This document shows positions 9,969-18,702 of a stretch of 43,423 nt of DNA, piece by piece. The position numbers and the translations under genes are program-made. The stretch is taken from positions 5,687 to 49,109 of the forward strand of contig DAORUL010000002.1 of assembly GCA_035433165.1 (NCBI GenBank). Reading direction: 5' to 3'. Position 1 is the stretch's first letter; every line of letters starts with the position of its first letter. Below the pieces are notes generated by a model that was not told where the DNA came from, ran no database searches, and saw only the letters and a program-made list of their open reading frames with translations. Source of the DNA: Thermomonas sp. GTDB lineage: Bacteria; Pseudomonadota; Gammaproteobacteria; Xanthomonadales; Xanthomonadaceae.

Positions 9969-10847
9969 ATGTCCGAGGACGACAGTCGGCACCCCGCTGA
10001 CTCTGACGAAAAACCCGCCGAAAAACCGCACCGCTCGTGGCTGGATCGCATCAGCGCGGCAATATCCGGTGAACCCACCAGCAGCGAGGATCTGATCGAG
10101 CTGCTGCGCGATGTGCAGGCCGATGGCGTCATTGGATCGGATACGCTGCGGATGATGGAAGGTGCCATCGGCATCGCGGATATGACTGTGGGCGATGTGA
10201 TGGTGGCGCGGGCGCAGATGGTGGCGTTGCCCGCCGACGGCAAGCTGCTGGACTTGATGAAGCAGGTGGTGGAATCGGGCCACTCGCGCTTTCCGGTGCA
10301 TGGCGAAGACAAGGACGAAATCCTTGGCATCTTGCTGGCCAAGGATCTGCTGCGCGGGGTGGTCTGTGACAACGCCGCTTCCAGCATCCATGAATTGCTG
10401 CGGCCAGCGGTGCTGATTCCCGAATCCAAGAATCTCAACATCCTGCTGCGCGAGTTCCGGCAGTCGCGCAACCATATGGCCATCGTCATCGACGAATACG
10501 GTGGCGTGGCAGGCCTGGTCACGATTGAAGATGTGCTGGAACAAATCGTGGGTGAAATCGATGACGAACACGATGACGCCAGCGATGACGGCTTGCTGAT
10601 CGCCGCACAGGCCGATGGCCAGTTCGTGGTGGATGCGCTGACTCCGATTGCGGATTTCAACGAACGCTTTGGTGCTGACTTCGATGATGACGAATACGAC
10701 ACCATCGGCGGCCTGATCACCGCGGCCATTGGCCACCTGCCCGAAGCGGGCGAGGAACTCACGCTGGGTCGATTCCGGTTCCGGGTGGCGCGTGCGGATG
10801 CGCGGCGCTTGATCGCGCTGCATGTGGATGTGCATGCGGATGCGTAA
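9969..10847 (+). CDS. corC: Mg2+/Co2+ homeostasis protein CorC (YbeX), CBS pair plus CorC domain
   Basis: SGHSRFPV, HMAIVIDEYGGVAGLVTIEDVLEQIVGEIDDEHD, YDTIGG; TAGACT -10-like hexamer at 9931. Confidence 0.93.
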   Translation: MSEDDSRHPADSDEKPAEKPHRSWLDRISAAISGEPTSSEDLIELLRDVQADGVIGSDTLRMMEGAIGIADMTVGDVMVARAQMVALPADGKLLDLMKQVVESGHSRFPVHGEDKDEILGILLAKDLLRGVVCDNAASSIHELLRPAVLIPESKNLNILLREFRQSRNHMAIVIDEYGGVAGLVTIEDVLEQIVGEIDDEHDDASDDGLLIAAQADGQFVVDALTPIADFNERFGADFDDDEYDTIGGLITAAIGHLPEAGEELTLGRFRFRVARADARRLIALHVDVHADA

Positions 10848-12027
10848 GCCGCTGCGCTGGCTGCTGGCGCTGCTGCTGGTCCTGATCTGCGGGTTGGCGC
10901 AAGCACAGACCCAATCACAGCTCACACCGCGAATCGGCGTATTGACGATGGGCCCGGGCGATATTTTCTGGGAGCGTTTCGGTCACGATGCCATCGTGGT
11001 GGATGACCCGGCACTCGGCGCCCCCATCAGCTACAACTTCGGGTATTTCGATCTTGACGAGGCGGGGTTTGTGGGCCGCTTCGCCAAAGGTGAAATGCGC
11101 TACCTGCTGGTGGCCCTGCCACTGCAGCAAGATCTGGCTTACTACCGCGAAGTAGGCCGCGGTGCCCGCCTGCAATGGCTGAATCTGGATGCAGCGCAAG
11201 CCCATGCGCTGGCAGCGGCACTGGCCGAAAATGCCAAACCCGAAAATGCCCATTACCGCTACGACTACTACACCAGCAACTGTGCCACCCGCGTGCGCGA
11301 TGCGCTGGATGCGGCGTTGGGTGGCCGACTGAAAAAACAACTGGAAGGCCGCTCCAGCGGCGATACCTATCGCAGTGAATCGCTGCGGCTGGCCGCGCCG
11401 GCACCATGGATGTGGCTGAGTTTCGACATCCTGCTTGGCCCGGCAGCCGACCGCCCGCTGAGCCGCTGGGAGGTCGATTTTGTGCCACGCCGGCTGGCCG
11501 ACGATCTGCGCAACGTCACCCAAACCGATGGCCGTCCGCTAGTTGCTTCAGAGGTGGAACTGCTGCCACAGCGGCAAGCCGCCGAACCCTTGGACCACGC
11601 CATTGCGCTATGGCCCTGGCTGTTGACGGGAGTGCTGCTGGCCAGCGCGATCCTGCTGGCGGGGCCGCGCCATCGGCGCACCCTTGCCGGGTGTGCGGGC
11701 GGCTTCTGGCTGCTGTGCGGCAGCGTGGGGCTGGTGTTGGCGCTGACCTGGACGTTCACCGCACACCAAGCGATCTGGGCCAATCGCAACCTGTTGTTGT
11801 TCAATCCGTTGTGTTTGCTGTTGTTGCCGGGGGCGTGGTCACTGCTGCGTGGGCGCCCGGCCTCCACCCGCTGGCAAAGCCTGCTGATTGCGGTTGCCGC
11901 GCTGGCCGCTTGCGCTTGCTTGCCGCTTTGGCTGCAAGTGCAACCGCAGCGCAACGGCCACTGGGTTGCCCTGCTGTTGCCGGTGCACTGGGCGTTTGCC
12001 AGGTTATGGGCTTCACGCAAGGCTTGA
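10840..12027 (+). CDS. DUF4105 / Lnb-like membrane protein, putative lipoprotein N-acyltransferase
   Basis: N-terminal signal/TM; periplasmic domain with FGH, YNFG and YDYYTSNCATR motifs; about 5 C-terminal TM helices; start overlaps the corC stop. Confidence 0.75.
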   Translation: MRKPLRWLLALLLVLICGLAQAQTQSQLTPRIGVLTMGPGDIFWERFGHDAIVVDDPALGAPISYNFGYFDLDEAGFVGRFAKGEMRYLLVALPLQQDLAYYREVGRGARLQWLNLDAAQAHALAAALAENAKPENAHYRYDYYTSNCATRVRDALDAALGGRLKKQLEGRSSGDTYRSESLRLAAPAPWMWLSFDILLGPAADRPLSRWEVDFVPRRLADDLRNVTQTDGRPLVASEVELLPQRQAAEPLDHAIALWPWLLTGVLLASAILLAGPRHRRTLAGCAGGFWLLCGSVGLVLALTWTFTAHQAIWANRNLLLFNPLCLLLLPGAWSLLRGRPASTRWQSLLIAVAALAACACLPLWLQVQPQRNGHWVALLLPVHWAFARLWASRKA

Positions 12028-12039
12028 TGCAAGCCTTGC
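12017..12039. other. Perfect 10-bp hairpin at the DUF4105 stop / corA leader
   Basis: GCAAGGCTTG-ATG-CAAGCCTTGC. Confidence 0.45.
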
Positions 12040-12058
12040 ACCAATGCAGGATGCTGCG

Positions 12059-13087
12059 ATGAACGCAACCGCTTCCGTTACTCCCGCTTCCATGCCCCCC
12101 GCTCACACGACTCCAGCCTGCGTGGTCAATTGCGCTGCTTACGACAGCAATGGGCAACGCCAAAACATCACGCTGGATGCCATCAGCGATGTGCTGGCGG
12201 TCGATGATGGCAGCTTTGTCTGGGTGGGCCTGTACGAGCCGGAAGATGCGCTGCTGGACAAGCTGCAAGAGGAATTCAACCTGCATGCACTGGCCATCGA
12301 GGATGCCCAGCACGCGCACCAGCGGCCGAAACTCGAGAGCTTCGACAACACCTTGTTCATTGCCGCACACACCGTCCAGCATGTGGATGGGCATGTCCGC
12401 TTTGGCGAAACCCAACTGTTCGTGGGGCCACGGTTCCTGGTGACGGTGCGACACGGAGCTTCGCTCAGTTTCGCGTCGGTGCGCCAGCGGCTGGAGCGCG
12501 AACCGGCAACGTTGGCGCTGGGCCCGTGCAGTGCACTGCACGCGGTGCTGGATTTCATCGTCGACAACTACCAGCTGATCGCCGCCGAGTTCGAACGCGA
12601 ACTGGATACGCTGGAACACGATATCTTTGCCGAAAGCTACAAGCGCGGCACCATCCGGCGCCTGTATGAACTGCGCAAGGAGTTGACCCAAATGCGGATG
12701 TCCGTGGCCCCGATGCAGGACATCCTGACCCAGTTGATGCGCTCGCCCGCCTTCACCATTCCGGCAGTGGCCAAACCCTATTTCCGTGACGTGCTCGATC
12801 ACGCCGCGCGCGTCGGCGATACCATCGACACCCTGCGCGAAATGGTCTCGGCTGCGATGAACGTCAACCTGTCACTGGTGGCGGTGGCACAGGGTGAAAT
12901 CGTCAAGAAGATGGCCGGCTGGGCCGGCCTGTTGGCGGCCCCCACCCTGCTTGCCAGTTGGTACGGCATGAACTTCACCAACATGCCGGAACTGCATGGA
13001 CACTACAGCTACCCGATCATGATTGGGGTGGTGGCACTGGTGTGCGTGGGCTTGTATGCCTATCTGCGCAAAATTGATTGGCTGTGA
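12059..13087 (+). CDS. corA: Magnesium/cobalt transporter CorA
   Basis: FVWVGL, HALAIEDA...HQRPKLE, signature YGMNF plus MPEL, two C-terminal TMs. Confidence 0.95.
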   Translation: MNATASVTPASMPPAHTTPACVVNCAAYDSNGQRQNITLDAISDVLAVDDGSFVWVGLYEPEDALLDKLQEEFNLHALAIEDAQHAHQRPKLESFDNTLFIAAHTVQHVDGHVRFGETQLFVGPRFLVTVRHGASLSFASVRQRLEREPATLALGPCSALHAVLDFIVDNYQLIAAEFERELDTLEHDIFAESYKRGTIRRLYELRKELTQMRMSVAPMQDILTQLMRSPAFTIPAVAKPYFRDVLDHAARVGDTIDTLREMVSAAMNVNLSLVAVAQGEIVKKMAGWAGLLAAPTLLASWYGMNFTNMPELHGHYSYPIMIGVVALVCVGLYAYLRKIDWL

Positions 13088-13099
13088 GTGGATCGCGAC

Positions 13100-14350
13100 T
13101 CAACCGCCCGCAATTGCGCGCAACATCAAACCAGTGAGATATGCCAACACTGTGCCGGTGGCATAGCCCAGCGTGCCCAGCAATGCGCCCACTGGTGCCA
13201 GTGCCGGATGGAATGCCGAAGCCACCACCGGCGCACTGGCCGGCCCACCGATATGGCTTTGCGAGCCAATCGCAAAATAAAAGAGTGGCACATTCAGCCA
13301 GCGCCCCACCAACCACAAGATCACGATGTGGAAACCCAGCCACACCACGCCCAGCACCAACAGCAGTGGCTTTTCAAACAGCGCGCCAATTTCCATCTGC
13401 ATGCCGATGGAGGCGATCAGGTAATACAGCAGCAACGTGCCAATCGTCGACGCTCCTGCACCTTCGAGCGCACGTGCACGAGTAAAGCTCAACCCCAGGC
13501 CGACCAGCGTGCACAGCCCCACGATCCATACAAAAGGCGCATCCAGACTCACTTGCGCAGCCCACGACACGTGCGCGCCAAACCATGCGGACAGCGGCGT
13601 GGCCAGCGCATGCGCCAAGCCCACCGTGCCAAACGATATTCCCACGATGATCATCAAATCGGTCAATGTAGGAATGCGTTCGTGCTGTGAGCGATATGCC
13701 TCGACGCGCTGCTTGAGATCGTCCAGCGCGGCGGTATTTGCACCACTGCGCGCATCAATGTTTGCGGCACGCTGCGCCAACATCAGCAGCACCGCCATCC
13801 ACGCGTAGCCCACGCCCACATCCACCACCGCAAAACGGCCGAAGGTAGTGGCATCCACCGCAAAGATTTCTTTCATTGCCATCATGTTGGCACCGCCACC
13901 GATCCAGCTGCCGGCCAACGTCGCCATGCCGGCCCAGGTATCGCCGGCCATCGTTTCCGGCGCAATCGCGCGCATGCTGATGAAGGCCAGTGCTGCGCCC
14001 AGCACGATACTGGCCGATGTCGCCGCATACATCGCCAGCAATTTCGGCCCCAGCCGCAAAATCGCGCGCAGATCCACTGCCATGGTCAACAACACCAATG
14101 CTGCCGGCAGTAAGACGCGGCTGGCCACCGGGTTGTACAGCTTGCTGTGCGCGCCGTCGATCAAGCCTAGCGAGTTGTAGATGCCGGGCAGCAGATAACA
14201 CAGCAGCAGTGGCGGTACCACGTTGTAGAATTTTTGCCAGCGCCCCGGTCTGGAGGCGGTCCAGAACACGAGACCCAAGGTGCCGGCAATCAAGCCGAAG
14301 ATGACGATGTCGTCTTGGATAAACGCTTGTGGCATCACCGCATCGACCAT
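13100..14350 (-). CDS. DUF819 family integral membrane protein
   Basis: Polytopic membrane protein with GSWIGGGANM and GSQSHIGGPASAP motifs typical of DUF819. Confidence 0.8.
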   Translation of the reverse strand: MVDAVMPQAFIQDDIVIFGLIAGTLGLVFWTASRPGRWQKFYNVVPPLLLCYLLPGIYNSLGLIDGAHSKLYNPVASRVLLPAALVLLTMAVDLRAILRLGPKLLAMYAATSASIVLGAALAFISMRAIAPETMAGDTWAGMATLAGSWIGGGANMMAMKEIFAVDATTFGRFAVVDVGVGYAWMAVLLMLAQRAANIDARSGANTAALDDLKQRVEAYRSQHERIPTLTDLMIIVGISFGTVGLAHALATPLSAWFGAHVSWAAQVSLDAPFVWIVGLCTLVGLGLSFTRARALEGAGASTIGTLLLYYLIASIGMQMEIGALFEKPLLLVLGVVWLGFHIVILWLVGRWLNVPLFYFAIGSQSHIGGPASAPVVASAFHPALAPVGALLGTLGYATGTVLAYLTGLMLRAIAGG

Positions 14351-14395
14351 GGCAGGCAGCCGCCTCTCTCAATTCCGTGGGAACAACGACAACAC

Positions 14396-14445
14396 CGCCA
14401 AGTGTTCGCATCACGACGCAAACGTCGCGGCGCGAACACTCGGCG
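14396..14445 (-). terminator. Long intergenic RNA hairpin (terminator or mRNA stabiliser)
   Basis: 23-bp arms at 14396-14418 and 14423-14445 with a 4-nt loop; three plus-strand A-C mismatches become G-U pairs on the minus strand. Confidence 0.6.
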
Positions 14446-14465
14446 AGCGGGATCAGTCAGCACGA

Positions 14466-16559
14466 CTACTGCCCGATGTACTGCTTCAACCACGCATTGA
14501 CGTTGTCATGCCATTGCACGCTGTTTTGCGGCTTCAGTACCCAATGGTTCTCGTCCGGGAAGTACAGGAACTTGGACGGCACGCCCTTGCGCTGCAATGC
14601 ACTGAACAGTGCAATCCCCTGCTCCACCGGGATGCGGAAATCCTGCTGCCCATGCACCACCAACATCGGCACCTTGAAGTTGGCCACATGGTTGGACGGA
14701 TTGAATTGCTGATGGCCCTGCGGGTTGTCGTAGGGGGTGCCGCCGTTTTCCCATTCGGAGAACCACAGCTCTTCGGTGGCATAGCTCATGGCGTGGTTTT
14801 CGAACACGCCATCGTGCGAGACCAGGCACTTGAAGGGCGCATTGCCCGCCTTGTCGTACCAGTTGCCTTCGATCCAATTGATCATGAAGCCGCCATAGCT
14901 GGCACCCAGCGCGCAGGCTTTGCCGCCATCGAGGAAGGCGTATTTTTTCTGCGCGGCATCCCAGCCTTTTTGCAGGTCTTCGAGCGGACGGTCGCCCCAA
15001 TGCTGGCTGATGGCATCGGTGAAGGCCTGGCCGTAGCCGGTGCTGCCGTGGAAGTCGATCATCACCACCGCATAGCCTTGCCCGGCATAGGTTTGCGGGT
15101 TCCAGCGGTAGCTCCAGCCATCGCCAAAACTGCCCTGCGGGCCGCCGTGGATCAAAAATGCCACCGGGTATTTTTTGCCCGGCTTGTAGTTCCACGGCTT
15201 GACCACATAGCCGTGCACGGTGTCGTTGTTCCAGCCCTTGAACTCGAACTGTTCGTACTCGCCCCACGCCACACCCGGCAGCATCTGCTGCGCGGTGGGC
15301 GTGATCATGCGCTGGCTGTCATCACCCTCCAGCCCTGCCACCGTCAGCACATCGCCGGTTTGCATCGTATTGCGCGAAAACGCCAGCGTGGCGCCGGCGA
15401 TATCAAACGCGGAAATGCTGCCATCGCCAATCACCTGTGCAGCCTTGCCCGTGGCAATCTCCACCGAAAACAGCGGGTGCTCGCCCATGTGCTGGGCGGT
15501 GGTGTAGATGCGCTTGCCGTCCTGCGACAAGGTGATGCCATCGGCACTGCTGTCCCAATTGGGCGCGATTTCACGCGTCTTGCCAGTGGCCAACTCCATC
15601 GCCATCAGCGCAAAACGATCCGCTTCGAAGCCGGGGCGTTTCATCGCCCGGTAATACATCGTTTTGCCATTGGATGAGAACACTGGACCTGCATCCCACG
15701 CTATGTTGGCTGCAGTGAGATTGCGCGCGCCCTTGCCATCGGCGTTCACCAGCCAGATGTCGAAATTGGTGCTCCACGGTTCTTCGCGATTGGACTGACG
15801 CACGCTCATCGCCACCTGTTTGCCATCCGGCGACCATGCAAAATCCGACAAATCGCCAAACGGCTTGGAGGGAATATCGCCATTGATCTCGCCACTGAGC
15901 AAGGTGGCCGAAGTCAGCTTGGTTTGGCCTCCCAACTTGGCCGCAAACACCCGGTTCAAACGGCCATCGGCCCAAGTATCCCAGTGCCGAATGAACAGAT
16001 GATCAAACACCACGCCGGTGCTCTTTTTGGCGGCCACGTCGTCCAATTTTTTCTTGCTGCAAGCCAGATCCGCCTTGCACTCGGGGAACACCGCAAACGC
16101 CAGCGCCACTTGCTTGCCATCCGGCGAAAGTTTGTAGGCATCCACATCCAATGCAAAATCGGTCAGCTGGCGCGCCTCACCGCCGTTCAATGCGATGGAA
16201 TACAGCTGCATCGAACCCGACTTGCCACTCATGAAGTACAGCGATTGGCCATCCGTCGAAAACGCTGGCGAATTGACATTCCAACCATCCGGTGAGACTT
16301 GCTTGGGCGGCGCGTTGTCACGAGTCGCCAGATTGCGCATCCACAAGCTGGTGGAGGACTTGTTGGTGTCCTTGTTCACCACGCGCTTGGCAAACACCAG
16401 CACGCGCCCATCCGGCGACAACGTGGGCGACGAGTAGCGATCCATGTAGGCCATGTCGCGCACTTCAAAGCCGCGGGTGGCGGGCTTGGCCGTGCTGGCG
16501 GCCATCGCCGGTAATGACAGCGCAAGCGCAAGCGGAAGAATGGCGTAGCGAAGTTTCAT
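14466..16559 (-). CDS. Exported S9 family peptidase (dipeptidyl aminopeptidase/acylaminoacyl peptidase-like)
   Basis: Signal peptide MKLRYAILPLALALSLPAMA, beta-propeller SPDG repeats, HGGPQ, nucleophile GASYGG, DFRIP, ENHW. Confidence 0.93.
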   Translation of the reverse strand: MKLRYAILPLALALSLPAMAASTAKPATRGFEVRDMAYMDRYSSPTLSPDGRVLVFAKRVVNKDTNKSSTSLWMRNLATRDNAPPKQVSPDGWNVNSPAFSTDGQSLYFMSGKSGSMQLYSIALNGGEARQLTDFALDVDAYKLSPDGKQVALAFAVFPECKADLACSKKKLDDVAAKKSTGVVFDHLFIRHWDTWADGRLNRVFAAKLGGQTKLTSATLLSGEINGDIPSKPFGDLSDFAWSPDGKQVAMSVRQSNREEPWSTNFDIWLVNADGKGARNLTAANIAWDAGPVFSSNGKTMYYRAMKRPGFEADRFALMAMELATGKTREIAPNWDSSADGITLSQDGKRIYTTAQHMGEHPLFSVEIATGKAAQVIGDGSISAFDIAGATLAFSRNTMQTGDVLTVAGLEGDDSQRMITPTAQQMLPGVAWGEYEQFEFKGWNNDTVHGYVVKPWNYKPGKKYPVAFLIHGGPQGSFGDGWSYRWNPQTYAGQGYAVVMIDFHGSTGYGQAFTDAISQHWGDRPLEDLQKGWDAAQKKYAFLDGGKACALGASYGGFMINWIEGNWYDKAGNAPFKCLVSHDGVFENHAMSYATEELWFSEWENGGTPYDNPQGHQQFNPSNHVANFKVPMLVVHGQQDFRIPVEQGIALFSALQRKGVPSKFLYFPDENHWVLKPQNSVQWHDNVNAWLKQYIGQ

Positions 16560-16595
16560 GGCAGTGTCCTTGAAAATATCTTGAAGTTGAAACAA

Positions 16596-18587
16596 TCAAA
16601 CAATGGCTTTGCGTCCCAGACGCTCTACCCAGCCATACAGCAAAACGATGGCCGCGACGAAGGCAAAACCGCCCAGCCACGCGGCCGGCCCCTCGGCAAA
16701 GGTATCGCTCACCATTTGCAGTGGCAGCAGCTTGAACGCGACGATGCCGGCGATCAACACGCCGATCAAGCCTTCGCCCACAATCATGCCCGAGGCCAAC
16801 AATACGCCCAGCTGCTTGACTGCCTCCGGCTTGCTGTGGCGCCCGGCGCGCTGATCGAAATACCAACCCACGATGGCACCCACCACCACCATCAAGGTGG
16901 ACGATGTGGGCAGGTAGATACCCAATCCCACGGCCAGCGGCGACAGATGCGCGCCCTTGGTGGAGCGGCGCAGCACTTCGTCGATGGCAATCAACACCAC
17001 GCCGATTCCGGCACCGATCAGGATCAGGTTCCAGTCGATATTGTTCTGAATCACGCCCTGCGCCAGCGCCGAAATCAGCCCTGCTTGTGGCGCAGCCAAG
17101 GCGTCCTTGCCGGCACCCGGCGCGCCCACGAAGCCATAGGCTTGATTGACGATATCGAGGATCGGCGGAATGATCGCCGAGCCCGCAATCACGCCCACCA
17201 CCAACGCCCATTGCTGCTTGGACGGCGTGGCATCCACCAACTGCCCGGTCTTGAGGTCTTGCAGATTGTTGTTGGCAATCGCCGCCACCGTGAACACCAC
17301 CGCCGTCACCAACAGCGCGAATGCCACCAGTCCTTTTTCTTGCCCGGCATCGATTTGCGATTTCAGCCCGAATACCAGCAGCAGCGCCGCACCGATCACC
17401 ACCAAAATGCCGATCCCCGACAGCGGGCTGTTGGACGAACCAATCAAACCGGCCATATAGCCGCACACGGTGGACACCAAAAACCCCATCACCACGATGT
17501 ACAGCAGGCTGCCAATCATCAGCGGCAACGCGTGCGCGCCCAGCCCGGTCTGGTTGGAAAAATGCACCAGCAAAAACGCCAGCGGCACGAAGCACGCCAG
17601 CATCATCGCGCCGACCACCCCGATCGGGATGTCGTGCTCGGTACGCGGCAACAAATGCAAAGTGCCCCCTTGGCGGGCGCGGTTGGCCGCCATGGCAGAC
17701 GCCAACCCCGACACCACCGGCTTGACCAACTTGCCCAGGGTCCAGATCGCCGCCACACCAATCGTGCCGGCACCGATGAAGCGCACATGGGTACTCCACG
17801 TTGCACCGGCCATGTCTTCAAAACTGCCGGTCAAGCCGTGCGCCAGTGCGGAGAAATGCGGCACGCCCCACACCCAACCGATCAGCGCGCCCAACAGCAT
17901 CGCAAGGCCCACCCACAGCCCCACCAAATGGCCCACCGCAAACAGCGCCATCGACAAACCGAAGTCAAACCCGCTAACGCCATCGCCCACTTTGAAATAG
18001 CCCTTCACATCGCTGGCAAAGGTCTTGGTGGCCACCACCAATGCAAACGCCGACGCCACCAATGCGCCCCATGTCACCGCCATCAGACCCGCGCGGCTTT
18101 CCTCGGCACCTTGTGCCGTGCCGGCTTCGCCGGGGCTGCCCACTTTCAACACCTCGGCACAGGCCACGCCTTCCGGGTACGGCAAATCGGAATTGGTCAC
18201 CAGCGCGCGCCGCAGCGGGATCGAATACATCACGCCGAGAATGCCGCCCAGTGCGCAGATCGCAAACGAGGCCCAATACGGGAACCCTGTCCACCAACCG
18301 ATGATGACCAGCCCCGGCAGCACGAAGATGATGGATGACAACGTGCCCGCCGCCGACGCCACCGTCTGCACGATGTTGTTTTCCTGGATGGTCGAATCGC
18401 GAAAACCCCGCAGCAACGCCATCGAGATCACCGCCGCCGGGATCGATGTGGCAAACGTCAGCCCCGCCTTCAAGCCAAAGAACACATTGGCCGCGGTGAA
18501 CGCCAGCGTGATCACGATCCCCAGCACGATGCCGCGCAAGGTGAACTCGGTGCGTGGCGCGCTGGCCACAGGTACGGGCTTGGACAT
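16596..18587 (-). CDS. OPT family oligopeptide transporter
   Basis: EFTLRG, GLKAGLTFATSIPAAVISMA, ENNIVQT, LPYPEG, NLQDLKTG; probable start MSKPVP at 18587. Confidence 0.93.
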   Translation of the reverse strand: MSKPVPVASAPRTEFTLRGIVLGIVITLAFTAANVFFGLKAGLTFATSIPAAVISMALLRGFRDSTIQENNIVQTVASAAGTLSSIIFVLPGLVIIGWWTGFPYWASFAICALGGILGVMYSIPLRRALVTNSDLPYPEGVACAEVLKVGSPGEAGTAQGAEESRAGLMAVTWGALVASAFALVVATKTFASDVKGYFKVGDGVSGFDFGLSMALFAVGHLVGLWVGLAMLLGALIGWVWGVPHFSALAHGLTGSFEDMAGATWSTHVRFIGAGTIGVAAIWTLGKLVKPVVSGLASAMAANRARQGGTLHLLPRTEHDIPIGVVGAMMLACFVPLAFLLVHFSNQTGLGAHALPLMIGSLLYIVVMGFLVSTVCGYMAGLIGSSNSPLSGIGILVVIGAALLLVFGLKSQIDAGQEKGLVAFALLVTAVVFTVAAIANNNLQDLKTGQLVDATPSKQQWALVVGVIAGSAIIPPILDIVNQAYGFVGAPGAGKDALAAPQAGLISALAQGVIQNNIDWNLILIGAGIGVVLIAIDEVLRRSTKGAHLSPLAVGLGIYLPTSSTLMVVVGAIVGWYFDQRAGRHSKPEAVKQLGVLLASGMIVGEGLIGVLIAGIVAFKLLPLQMVSDTFAEGPAAWLGGFAFVAAIVLLYGWVERLGRKAIV

Positions 18588-18702
18588 GCAGGGTCTTCCG
18601 GCGATGGGAACGGCCAAGTATCGCAGACCGCTGCCGTGTGGGAAGGGTGTTGGGCTGCCCCCCCAAGCCTGCCCGACCGCATCGCTATACTCCGCCAACC
18701 TC

